A stretch of 50,969 nt of DNA from Eubacteriales bacterium (GTDB lineage Bacteria > Bacillota > Clostridia > Oscillospirales > CAG-272). The stretch's first letter is position 1. Each line of letters starts with the position of its first letter. A program made the translations under genes and the position numbers. The stretch is taken from NCBI GenBank assembly GCA_045536125.1, contig JAZSMX010000045.1:1-50969 (forward strand). Direction: 5' to 3'. This document shows, in pieces, positions 6,878-15,292 of the stretch. The notes under the pieces are model-generated. The model saw only the letters and a list, made by a program, of their open reading frames with translations. It ran no database searches and was not told the DNA's origin.

Positions 6878-9265
6878 ATGACGAATGCAGCTGCGATCAT
6901 TCTGTGTGCAGGAAAAGGTACACGGATGAACGATGATTCTAAAAACAAGGTCTGCTTTGATTGCGCCGGGACCCCTGTGATCAAGCGCATCATCGACAAT
7001 ATGAAAAAGGGCGGTGTCAGCCGTTTTGTCATCGTGATCGGTCATCAGGCATACAGTGTTATGGATTGCCTTGACGGTGTTGACGGCGTGATCTATGCAT
7101 ACCAGAAGGAGCAGAAGGGAACGGGACACGCAGCCCTTTGCGGACTCAAGGCACTAAAGACCTTAGGATATGAGGGACCTGTTATCGTTTCTATGGGAGA
7201 CAAGATCATTGCCTCCGATGTGATCCGCGGACTCCTTAAAAAAGCGGGAGGAAACAAAGAGGTCTTTGGCGTCCAGCCCGTTATGGCGAATTACAACGGA
7301 GGTAGGGTGGTTGTCAAGGACGGAAAGCCCTACGGCGTTGTGGAGCTTGCCGACGCGGCGTTGATGTCCCTTGCCGATGTGGAGCCCGCACAGTATGAAG
7401 CAACACTGGAGGCTTTGCGTCTCAACAAGAAGAAGGCGGCGAAGATAATTGCCAATGCAAAGGCGCGTAAGCCTATTGGAACAAAATTCCTCTGCGGTCG
7501 TACCTTTACGGCGAAAGAGATTCTGGAGGCTCCTTATGCCAACGCGGGTCTTTATTGCTTTGACGTCAGCCGCGCCGTAGAAGCGGTCAGCTCACTGGGA
7601 TCTGACAACGCACAGGGCGAGGTTTACCTGACCGATGCCCTGGAATATTTCGCTTCGCGTGATGAAGCCGATATTTACGAAGTCAAGAGCGCCGAAGATA
7701 TGCTGACCTACAGCACCAAACCCGAGCTCATGGATATCAGCGCGTATTTTATGAGAACGGCTACCGAATTTATTCGCGATATTGAAGCGGGTGCACTTGA
7801 CGAAAAATTCAACGAGTTTTACCGCGAGGATGCACCGATGCAAAAAGCACGTTACGTAGAGCTTTTGCAATGCTTCCTTGCAAATTACGGAGATAAAAAG
7901 GTGGTCATTACCCGTGCTCCCGGGCGTGTCAATTTGATGGGGCGTCACATCGACCATCGCGGCGGCGGTGTCAACGTCATGGCGATCAACCGTGACACAG
8001 TTTTTGTCGCGTCTCCCAGAGAGGACGATACGGTCAACATCGCGAATGTGGATCCCGCTTATCAAAAGAACTCTTTTTCAATTGAAAAAACACTTGATCT
8101 TGCGCCCCATGATTCGTGGCTCGGATACCTTTCCAACGAGCGTGTAGTAACAGCTCTCAAGGAAAGCCATGGGGATTGGTCCAATTACGTCAAAGCCTCG
8201 GTGCTTCGCGCTCAGCTTGAAAACCCCACACCGCTTTGCGGTATGGATATGGCAGCAAGCGGCAACATTCCCGCGGCGGCAGGACTCTCTTCCTCCTCCA
8301 GCATTGTAGTAGCTGTGATGGAAGCGGTGGCTTCGCTCAACTGTCTCAATATTTCCGATCAAAGATTTATCGATCTGTGTGGCGAGGGCGAATGGTTTGT
8401 CGGCTCTCGCGGAGGTGCGGGGGATCACGCGACAATGAAGTGCGGAAAGAGAGACGCTATTGTGCATCTTTCCTTTAAGCCCTTTACCGTAGGAGAGACA
8501 GCGCGTTTTTCGGACAAGTACGCCGTGATCGTTGCCAACAGTATGCAAAAAGCGAAAAAGTCGGGCGGCGCCAAGGATACCTTCAATGCAAAGGTTGCGG
8601 CGTATGAGTTTGTCCTTATGATGCTCAAGAGAGCCTATCCGCAATATGAGCTCAAGGAATTCCGTGATCTTGCGACGATTCGACCCTATTCCAAAATTTA
8701 CGAAATGCTCAAAACCGTGCCCGAAACTATGACGCGCGGTGGGATCAAGCTGTTACTTCCCGAGTACAAGGAGCAGCTTGAAGTGATTTTCTCCTCCCAT
8801 GCGGAACCCAAGGTATATGATTTGCGCGGCGTGGCACTCTACGGAATTTCCGAGTGTGTAAGAGCCGACCGTCTCATGGATGCCCTTAAGGCAGACGACT
8901 ATCAATCGATGGGCGAGATGATGAAAATCAGCCACAACGGAGACAGGCTCGGTGATGTGCGTGTCACGGACGAGATGCTGGATCGCTTGATTTCGGAGAA
9001 TGCCGATCCCGCCGCGGAGTGCGGCGCTTACGGCTGCTCCACCGAGCAGATCGACGGACTTTGCGATCTGTTAAATGCAACCGATGGAGTGCTTGGCAGC
9101 GAGATCGTCGGTGCGGGTCTTGGCGGCTGCGTCATCGCCCTGGTCGAAAAGGAAAAGGCGGAGGGTGTGATCTCCGTCATTAACAAGGGGTATTATGACA
9201 AATACGGATATCAGCATGAGGCAAGCGTTTATTCCGCTTCCAGCGGTTCTTCTGTTCTTTTTTGA
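6878..9265 (+). CDS. Fusion protein: GlmU-like sugar-1-phosphate nucleotidyl(uridylyl)transferase domain plus galactokinase-like GHMP sugar kinase domain
   Basis: The N-terminal part carries ILCAGKGTRM, QKEQKGTGHAA and SMGDK. The C-terminal part carries APGRVNLMGRHIDHRGG (galactokinase signature variant), NIPAAAGLSSSSS (GHMP motif II) and VGAGLGGCVIAL (motif III). The RBS ACGGAGG lies before the ATG. Confidence 0.75.
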   Translation: MTNAAAIILCAGKGTRMNDDSKNKVCFDCAGTPVIKRIIDNMKKGGVSRFVIVIGHQAYSVMDCLDGVDGVIYAYQKEQKGTGHAALCGLKALKTLGYEGPVIVSMGDKIIASDVIRGLLKKAGGNKEVFGVQPVMANYNGGRVVVKDGKPYGVVELADAALMSLADVEPAQYEATLEALRLNKKKAAKIIANAKARKPIGTKFLCGRTFTAKEILEAPYANAGLYCFDVSRAVEAVSSLGSDNAQGEVYLTDALEYFASRDEADIYEVKSAEDMLTYSTKPELMDISAYFMRTATEFIRDIEAGALDEKFNEFYREDAPMQKARYVELLQCFLANYGDKKVVITRAPGRVNLMGRHIDHRGGGVNVMAINRDTVFVASPREDDTVNIANVDPAYQKNSFSIEKTLDLAPHDSWLGYLSNERVVTALKESHGDWSNYVKASVLRAQLENPTPLCGMDMAASGNIPAAAGLSSSSSIVVAVMEAVASLNCLNISDQRFIDLCGEGEWFVGSRGGAGDHATMKCGKRDAIVHLSFKPFTVGETARFSDKYAVIVANSMQKAKKSGGAKDTFNAKVAAYEFVLMMLKRAYPQYELKEFRDLATIRPYSKIYEMLKTVPETMTRGGIKLLLPEYKEQLEVIFSSHAEPKVYDLRGVALYGISECVRADRLMDALKADDYQSMGEMMKISHNGDRLGDVRVTDEMLDRLISENADPAAECGAYGCSTEQIDGLCDLLNATDGVLGSEIVGAGLGGCVIALVEKEKAEGVISVINKGYYDKYGYQHEASVYSASSGSSVLF

Positions 9266-9451
9266 GATCTAATTCTATTTTTTAAAAAAGTGCAATACGC
9301 GAAACGTATACGGGATATACGTGTAGAATCGTTTGAAAATTAGGGTTGGCTTGCTCCCTCACGTGCAATGCACGAGGATGAGTTGAATCGGTGCTCATTA
9401 CGCCACTGTTTGTTTCCCGGTATGATACACTTGTGAAAGGTGGGGCTCTTT

Positions 9452-10012
9452 GTGAATAAGAACTTGTTAATTGTTGGCGCAGGTACGTATGCTGTTGTTG
9501 CTTCTGAAATTGCAGCTGACACGGGATGCTTTGAAAAGATAGATTTTGTTGATGATGAAAGAAAAACAACCCCCAATGGCATCGAGGTTGTCGGAACAAC
9601 GCGGGATATTGAAGCTTTGGCTGTTGAATACAGCAATATTGTTGTGGCTATTGGCAATTCGGAAGTCAGACGTTCATTGCTCAGCAGAATAAAGGAAGAA
9701 ACCCCGTATCATATTGTCTCTCTTATTTCTCCCAACGCTTACGTGTCCCCGTCCGCTCGAATTATGAGCGGTTGCATTGTTGAACCGATGGCCGTTGTGC
9801 ATACCGGTTGTGTGATTGGAGCAGGATGTATTATTTCAGCCGGAGCTGTTGTCAATCACGCCAGTATGTGCTGTGACGGTGTTCACGTGGATTGTAATGC
9901 GACGGTTGCGGGGTATAGTCTCGTTCCTGCCGGAATGAAAATTTGTAGCGGTGAAATCTATAAAAATGGCACGGTAAGAGCAGAAGATTTATTCTTTGCT
10001 CCACAGAAATAG
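9452..10012 (+). CDS. NeuD/PglD-family sugar acetyltransferase (left-handed beta-helix)
   Basis: NKNLLIVGAGTYAVVASEIA forms the N-terminal domain. Hexapeptide repeats GCVIGAGCIISAGAVVNHASMCCDGVHVDCNATVAG follow. I prefer the GTG at 9452, which has AAAGGTGGGG upstream, over the GTG at 9440. Confidence 0.75.
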   Translation: MNKNLLIVGAGTYAVVASEIAADTGCFEKIDFVDDERKTTPNGIEVVGTTRDIEALAVEYSNIVVAIGNSEVRRSLLSRIKEETPYHIVSLISPNAYVSPSARIMSGCIVEPMAVVHTGCVIGAGCIISAGAVVNHASMCCDGVHVDCNATVAGYSLVPAGMKICSGEIYKNGTVRAEDLFFAPQK

Positions 10013-10120
10013 ACAGCGCACTCGAGTAATGATATTCCCAAACGCAAACCGAAAGAGATTGACGGATCGGAAAACGCCCTTGAAGGCGGAATGTAATTAC
10101 AGACAGGAGATATATGCAAA

Positions 10121-10804
10121 ATGTACAAGCAATTTATAAAAAGATTGATTGACCTTGTTTTGTCGACAGTGGCAATCGTTGTGTTGGCACTCCCGATGTT
10201 GATTATTGCAGTTGCCATAAAAATTGATGATCCCGGTCCTGTTTTATTCAAACAGAAACGGGTTGGTAAGAAGAAAAACGGCGAGATTACATATTTCATG
10301 ATCTGGAAGTTTCGTAGCATGAAGATGTCCACTCCCCACGATACCCCGACACATCTTCTTGAAAATCCGGAGCAGTATATAACCCGTGTAGGTTGCTTTA
10401 TTCGCAAGACAAGCCTCGATGAGCTTCCCCAGATATATCAGGTGTTCACGTCGAAGCTGTCTGCAATTGGGCCAAGACCGGCTTTATGGTCGCAAGACGA
10501 TCTGGTCGCGGAGCGTGAGAAGTATGGGGCAAACGACATAAAACCCGGTATCACCGGATGGGCACAGATCAACGGACGTGATGAACTTGAAATTGATGTG
10601 AAAGCAAAGCTTGACGGTGAGTATGCTGCTGCATTGAATGCAGGAAAATTCAAAGGTTTTGCTATGGATGTCAAGTGCTTTTTTGGTACAATTGTGAGCG
10701 TGCTGAAATCTGATGGTGTTGTAGAGGGTGGCACAGGTGAGATGAAAAAGCAGGAAGAAAAGCAAGAAGAAAAGCAGGAAGAAAAACAAGAGGTTGAACG
10801 ATGA
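10121..10804 (+). CDS. Small (PglC-type) polyprenyl-phosphate sugar-phosphate transferase, the initiating transferase
   Basis: There is one N-terminal hydrophobic segment. The motifs PGPVLFKQKRVG, KFRSM, DELPQ and GPRP are present. The C-terminal tail is (QEEK)n. Confidence 0.85.
   Translation: MYKQFIKRLIDLVLSTVAIVVLALPMLIIAVAIKIDDPGPVLFKQKRVGKKKNGEITYFMIWKFRSMKMSTPHDTPTHLLENPEQYITRVGCFIRKTSLDELPQIYQVFTSKLSAIGPRPALWSQDDLVAEREKYGANDIKPGITGWAQINGRDELEIDVKAKLDGEYAAALNAGKFKGFAMDVKCFFGTIVSVLKSDGVVEGGTGEMKKQEEKQEEKQEEKQEVER
10751..10792 (+). repeat. Tandem 12-nt repeat (about 3.5 copies) encoding QEEK units at the 3' end of the initiating transferase gene
   Basis: The units read CAGGAAGAAAAG, CAAGAAGAAAAG, CAGGAAGAAAAA, CAAGAG. 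Confidence 0.9.
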
Positions 10805-11919
10805 AAATAGTAGTATTATCAAGTCATACTCCGTCTCTGTTTTGGTTTAGGGTCGATATGATGATGGCCTTTAGAAACTTAGGGTGCGAGGTGATCGCAG
10901 CGGGGAATGAATCGGAGGATGCGTGGAAAGAGAAATTCGGTGATCTGGGGATTACATATTACCAAATTGACGTTAAAAGGAACGGGACCAATCCTGTATC
11001 GGATATAAAGACTTTATTTTCCATTCGGAAATTGTTGCAAAAAGAACGCCCCGACAAAATATTTTGTTATCAGGCCAAAACTGTGATTTATGGTTGTTTA
11101 GCCGCAAAAATGCTGGGGATACACGAGGTGTATCCGCTGATTGCGGGTGTAGGGTCGGCATTTTTAGCCAAGGGCGCCAAAGCAAACATTATTAAAAACG
11201 TACTTGTTGCCGAGTATAAAATTGCTTTGAAGAATGCGAAAAAGATTTTCTTCCAGAACAAAGATGATAGCGGAACGTTTATTGAACTGGGGATCGTATC
11301 TCCTGAAAACATAGTGTATATCAACGGATCCGGTGTAAATACGGATAAATTTACAGAAACTGAGCTTCCGAAATCCCCAGTGTTTTTAAACATATCCCGT
11401 TTGATCAGGGACAAGGGAATAGGAGAGTATTTGGAAGCGTGTAGAATCATAAAAAAAGTGCACTCGGAATATCGGTGCTTATTGGTTGGACCGTTTGATA
11501 CGAATCCTACTGCACTTACGAAAGAGGAGCTTTCGGAGTATATTGAAGATGGAAGTGTTGAATATTTTGGAGAGCAGTCTGATGTAAAGCCGTTTATTGA
11601 TCAATGCAGTATTTACGTTTTACCGTCTTATCACGAAGGAACTCCCAAAACGGTGTTGGAGGCAATGTCGTGCGGAAGGGCAGTGATAACAACAGATGCT
11701 CCCGGATGCAGAGAAACTGTGATAAACAATTCGAACGGAATCTTGGTAAAGCCGATGGATTGTCAGGGACTTGCGGATGCCATGCTTGAACTGGCTGCAA
11801 ATCCTGAACTTGTCGCAGATATGGGACGCAAAGGCAGAAAGCTTGCGGAAGAACGTTTTTCCGTTGAAATAGTTAATAAGACTATTTTGGATACGATGGA
11901 AATTCAACCGTGTAAGTGA
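10801..11919 (+). CDS. Glycosyltransferase family 4 (GT-B fold)
   Basis: The C-terminal part carries YHEGTPKTVLEAMSCGRAVITTDAPGCRE. The ATGA start/stop overlap with the upstream gene suggests translational coupling. Confidence 0.8.
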   Translation: MKIVVLSSHTPSLFWFRVDMMMAFRNLGCEVIAAGNESEDAWKEKFGDLGITYYQIDVKRNGTNPVSDIKTLFSIRKLLQKERPDKIFCYQAKTVIYGCLAAKMLGIHEVYPLIAGVGSAFLAKGAKANIIKNVLVAEYKIALKNAKKIFFQNKDDSGTFIELGIVSPENIVYINGSGVNTDKFTETELPKSPVFLNISRLIRDKGIGEYLEACRIIKKVHSEYRCLLVGPFDTNPTALTKEELSEYIEDGSVEYFGEQSDVKPFIDQCSIYVLPSYHEGTPKTVLEAMSCGRAVITTDAPGCRETVINNSNGILVKPMDCQGLADAMLELAANPELVADMGRKGRKLAEERFSVEIVNKTILDTMEIQPCK

Positions 11920-12028
11920 AAGTCGGACAAAAATATCAACGTTTTGCGCGAAAATGTTATCAATGGTAAAAAAATTTCTTGTGGGCGATTCGACAGAATA
12001 TCTATATTTGTATTGGAGGTTTTAAGTT

Positions 12029-13003
12029 ATGGGATATAAGCATCTGGTTTTTCCCGAACATTCGGTTTTCCTTGTAACCGGAGGCGCCGGATTTATTGGC
12101 ACTAATCTGTGTGAAGCAATTTTGAAACTCGGTTATAGAGTGCGTTGTCTGGACGACCTTTCCACAGGGAAGCAAGAAAATGTGGATGTGTTTGCATCAA
12201 ACCCTAATTACGAGTTTATCAAGGGCGATATTAAGGATCTTGACACCTGTATGAAGGCTTGTGAGGGGGTGGATTACGTTCTCAACCAGGCAGCGTGGGG
12301 AAGCGTGCCGCGCTCGATCGAGATGCCCCTGTTCTATTGCGCCAACAACATCATGGGAACGCTGAATATGATGGAAGCGGCAAGACAGAAGGGGGTTAAG
12401 AAGTTCGTATATGCTTCTTCCTCCTCGGTCTACGGCGATGAGCCCAATCTCCCCAAGCGCGAGGGGCGCGAGGGAAATCTTCTCTCTCCTTATGCGCTGA
12501 CCAAGATGTGTGACGAGGAATGGGGAAGACAGTACACCCTTCACTACGGTCTTGACACCTACGGACTTCGGTATTTCAATGTATTTGGTCGCCGCCAAAA
12601 TCCCAATGGTGCATACGCTGCGGTGATTCCAAAGTTCATCAAGCAACTTATCGCAGGCGAGCGTCCCACCATCAACGGTGACGGTAAGCAGTCCCGTGAT
12701 TTTACCTACATCGAAAACGTGATCGAAGCAAACCTTAAGGCGTGCTTAGCTTCTCATGAAGCTGCCGGACAGGCGTTCAACGTGGCGTACGGAGGCAGGG
12801 AATATCTCATTGATATTTATTATAGCTTGACTGAGGCACTTGGCGTGGATATTGAACCGAACTTCGGTCCCGACCGCAGGGGAGATATCAAGCACAGTAA
12901 TGCAGACATCTCCAAAGCGCGCGAGTTGATTGGGTACGATCCCGACTACGATTTCTCAAGCGGCTTGAAAGAGGCGATTGAATGGTATAAGGAGAATTTA
13001 TAA
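12029..13003 (+). CDS. NAD-dependent UDP-sugar 4-epimerase, WbpP/WbgU-like (extended SDR)
   Basis: VTGGAGFIGTNL, SSSSVYGD and YALTK are present. The RBS GGAGG lies upstream. Confidence 0.8.
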   Translation: MGYKHLVFPEHSVFLVTGGAGFIGTNLCEAILKLGYRVRCLDDLSTGKQENVDVFASNPNYEFIKGDIKDLDTCMKACEGVDYVLNQAAWGSVPRSIEMPLFYCANNIMGTLNMMEAARQKGVKKFVYASSSSVYGDEPNLPKREGREGNLLSPYALTKMCDEEWGRQYTLHYGLDTYGLRYFNVFGRRQNPNGAYAAVIPKFIKQLIAGERPTINGDGKQSRDFTYIENVIEANLKACLASHEAAGQAFNVAYGGREYLIDIYYSLTEALGVDIEPNFGPDRRGDIKHSNADISKARELIGYDPDYDFSSGLKEAIEWYKENL

Positions 13004-13004
13004 C

Positions 13005-14213
13005 ATGAGAAATATACCTGTTCTGACATTTCATACTGTTTCTGACCATGTTGATAATCGTCCGTGGTCATTTTTGTCGACTTCTGTAACTTGTTTTGAA
13101 AAAACATTAAAGTATTTAAAGAAACATAATTATCAAACTTTGACTCTTAAAGAGTTGTATGAGTGGAGAATCAAGGGAGAAGAAGACGATGTAAAACGAG
13201 TCCTCATACACTTTGATGACGGCTTTTTGGATAATTATACGATTGCATACCCCCTGCTTAAAAAGTATGGTTTTAAAGCAACTGTTTTCATAAGTCCGGA
13301 ATTTGTAGATCCAAGGCCTATTGTGCGGGAGCTGCAGTATGAAAACATTATAAATAAAAAGCCCGTAGACATAAAAAATGTATGGGGCTATATGAGCTGG
13401 GAAGAGCTGAAAAAGGTTGATTCTGAAAATGTTATAGACGTTCAGGCTCATGCAATGACACATACTTGGTATCCGTCGGAATCGACAGTTGTCGATTGGC
13501 ATCATAAAAATGACAGTTACTATTGGCTTGCATGGAATAAAAGACCGACGTGCAAACCTTTTTGGCTGACCGAATATGATGAAACGGAAGTTGAATACGG
13601 AACTCCTGTGTTTAAGTATGCAAAATCTATTTCCGGCAGGCGTTTTATTCCCTCACAGGAAGCAATCGATTTTTGTAAAGAGTATTATAGTAAGCACGTT
13701 GACGAATACAAAAATCTTGATAAGGCTGAAAAAAAATCCTTTTTTGAAAAGCTTAATGCAGATCTTAAGCAGGAACTGGGTGAAAAAATCGGCGAGTTTG
13801 AAAGTGAAGAGGAATTTTTGGAACGCTTGAAGATTGAGCTTGTCGAATCTAAAAAAATTGACGAAGAGCATCTTGGCAAAGCTGTGGAATTTTTGGCATG
13901 GCCGGGTGGCGCGGTGAGCAAAGAGGCCTATGAGCTTGCAGGTGAAGCCGGATACTTGTCATGGACTAAAAAGGGAAAACCGTACAATGAAATATCTGAT
14001 GATCCTCAATGCGTATATCGGGTAGGAGGATGGAGCGGATTGCGTTTTAAATACAATCCCAATCCAATAGTAGAGTACTGGTTTTTGCGTATGCAATTAC
14101 ATAGAGCCAAGGGGAATCAAGGAGTTTTAAATAAAATTTATGCGAGTGTTGGAAATCTGTATAGAAATCGCCATATAAAGAAATGCAGAAAAAACGGAGA
14201 AAATTGGAAATGA
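13005..14213 (+). CDS. Polysaccharide deacetylase (NodB-homology domain) family protein
   Basis: HFDDGFLDNY (TFDDG-type motif) and QAHAMTHTW (HxxxH-type motif) are present. I moved the start to the ATG at 13005, which has the RBS AAGGAGA and lies 1 nt after the upstream stop. Confidence 0.7.
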   Translation: MRNIPVLTFHTVSDHVDNRPWSFLSTSVTCFEKTLKYLKKHNYQTLTLKELYEWRIKGEEDDVKRVLIHFDDGFLDNYTIAYPLLKKYGFKATVFISPEFVDPRPIVRELQYENIINKKPVDIKNVWGYMSWEELKKVDSENVIDVQAHAMTHTWYPSESTVVDWHHKNDSYYWLAWNKRPTCKPFWLTEYDETEVEYGTPVFKYAKSISGRRFIPSQEAIDFCKEYYSKHVDEYKNLDKAEKKSFFEKLNADLKQELGEKIGEFESEEEFLERLKIELVESKKIDEEHLGKAVEFLAWPGGAVSKEAYELAGEAGYLSWTKKGKPYNEISDDPQCVYRVGGWSGLRFKYNPNPIVEYWFLRMQLHRAKGNQGVLNKIYASVGNLYRNRHIKKCRKNGENWK

Positions 14214-15280
14214 GAGTACTTTATGTAATTAGTACGTTAGAAGGCGGTGGCGCGGAGAGTCAGCTGTGCTCATATGCGCTTGAACTCAAACGACTGCATC
14301 CGGAAGTTTATTTTGAAATTTGTGCAATAAAATCGGGTGGAGTCTTTGAAAAAAAGCTTGCGGAAAACGGCATTAAATACAGTGTTTTAAATTCTCAAAG
14401 CGTTTTGAAATCGGTTATAAAACTTCATCGCGTGATAAAAAAGAATCATTTTGATATAGTACACGCACATATGTTCTTTTCGGATTTGGTTGCCAGACTT
14501 GCTACGTTTATGACAAAAGCCAAGCTTGTGTCTACGCATCACGGCTTGGGAAAATGGAAAAAGAAACCGCTTATCTTGCTGGATAAGGTGACTAAATTCC
14601 GAGTTGATCGTTTTGTTATGGTTTCCGAGCAGTCAATGCAGTTGAGACTGAAGCGAGAAAAATACCCCGCCAAGAAAACGCAAGTGATTTACAACGGGAT
14701 TTCCGGAGACTTTTTGTCAGATAACTCAAAGCAGCTTCCGAAAAACGGCGATAAAATTATCATCGGTACTACGGCAAGAATGACCGATAATAAGCAAATA
14801 AATCTAATGATTGACGTAATGAAGGATCTTGCCGATCATCCTCATGTTTGTTATGAGATTATTGGTCACGGCGAGAATTACGACAAGCTTGTTGAGCAAA
14901 CGCAAAAGTATAACTTGACAGACCGCGTGCATTTTTGGGGATGGCAAGATGATATTCGCTCAATTATAGCAAGGTGGCATATTTTTGCTTTGCCGTCAAT
15001 TAACGAAGACCTGCCTGTATCCATGTTGGAGTGTATGGCACAGGGAATTGTGCCAATTGCTTCCAGGGTCGGAGGAATAATCACTCTTTTGAACGAGAAC
15101 AGGAATGGGATTCTTTGTGACAGCTCGAACAAAGATACTTTCACTGAGGCGGTTCGCTATTTGCTCTCTCATCCGGAGAAGTACGAGACGATTTCCAAAA
15201 ACGCAAGGCAGTTTATTTGCGATACGTTTTTAATCAATAACACAGTTGAAAAAACGATGGCTATTTATAATAGCCTCTAA
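14210..15280 (+). CDS. Glycosyltransferase family 4
   Basis: MRVLYVISTLEGGGAE and EDLPVSMLECMAQGIVPIASRVGG are present. The ATG at 14210 overlaps the upstream TGA as ATGA. Confidence 0.85.
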   Translation: MRVLYVISTLEGGGAESQLCSYALELKRLHPEVYFEICAIKSGGVFEKKLAENGIKYSVLNSQSVLKSVIKLHRVIKKNHFDIVHAHMFFSDLVARLATFMTKAKLVSTHHGLGKWKKKPLILLDKVTKFRVDRFVMVSEQSMQLRLKREKYPAKKTQVIYNGISGDFLSDNSKQLPKNGDKIIIGTTARMTDNKQINLMIDVMKDLADHPHVCYEIIGHGENYDKLVEQTQKYNLTDRVHFWGWQDDIRSIIARWHIFALPSINEDLPVSMLECMAQGIVPIASRVGGIITLLNENRNGILCDSSNKDTFTEAVRYLLSHPEKYETISKNARQFICDTFLINNTVEKTMAIYNSL

Positions 15281-15292
15281 TGGAATAGAAAT

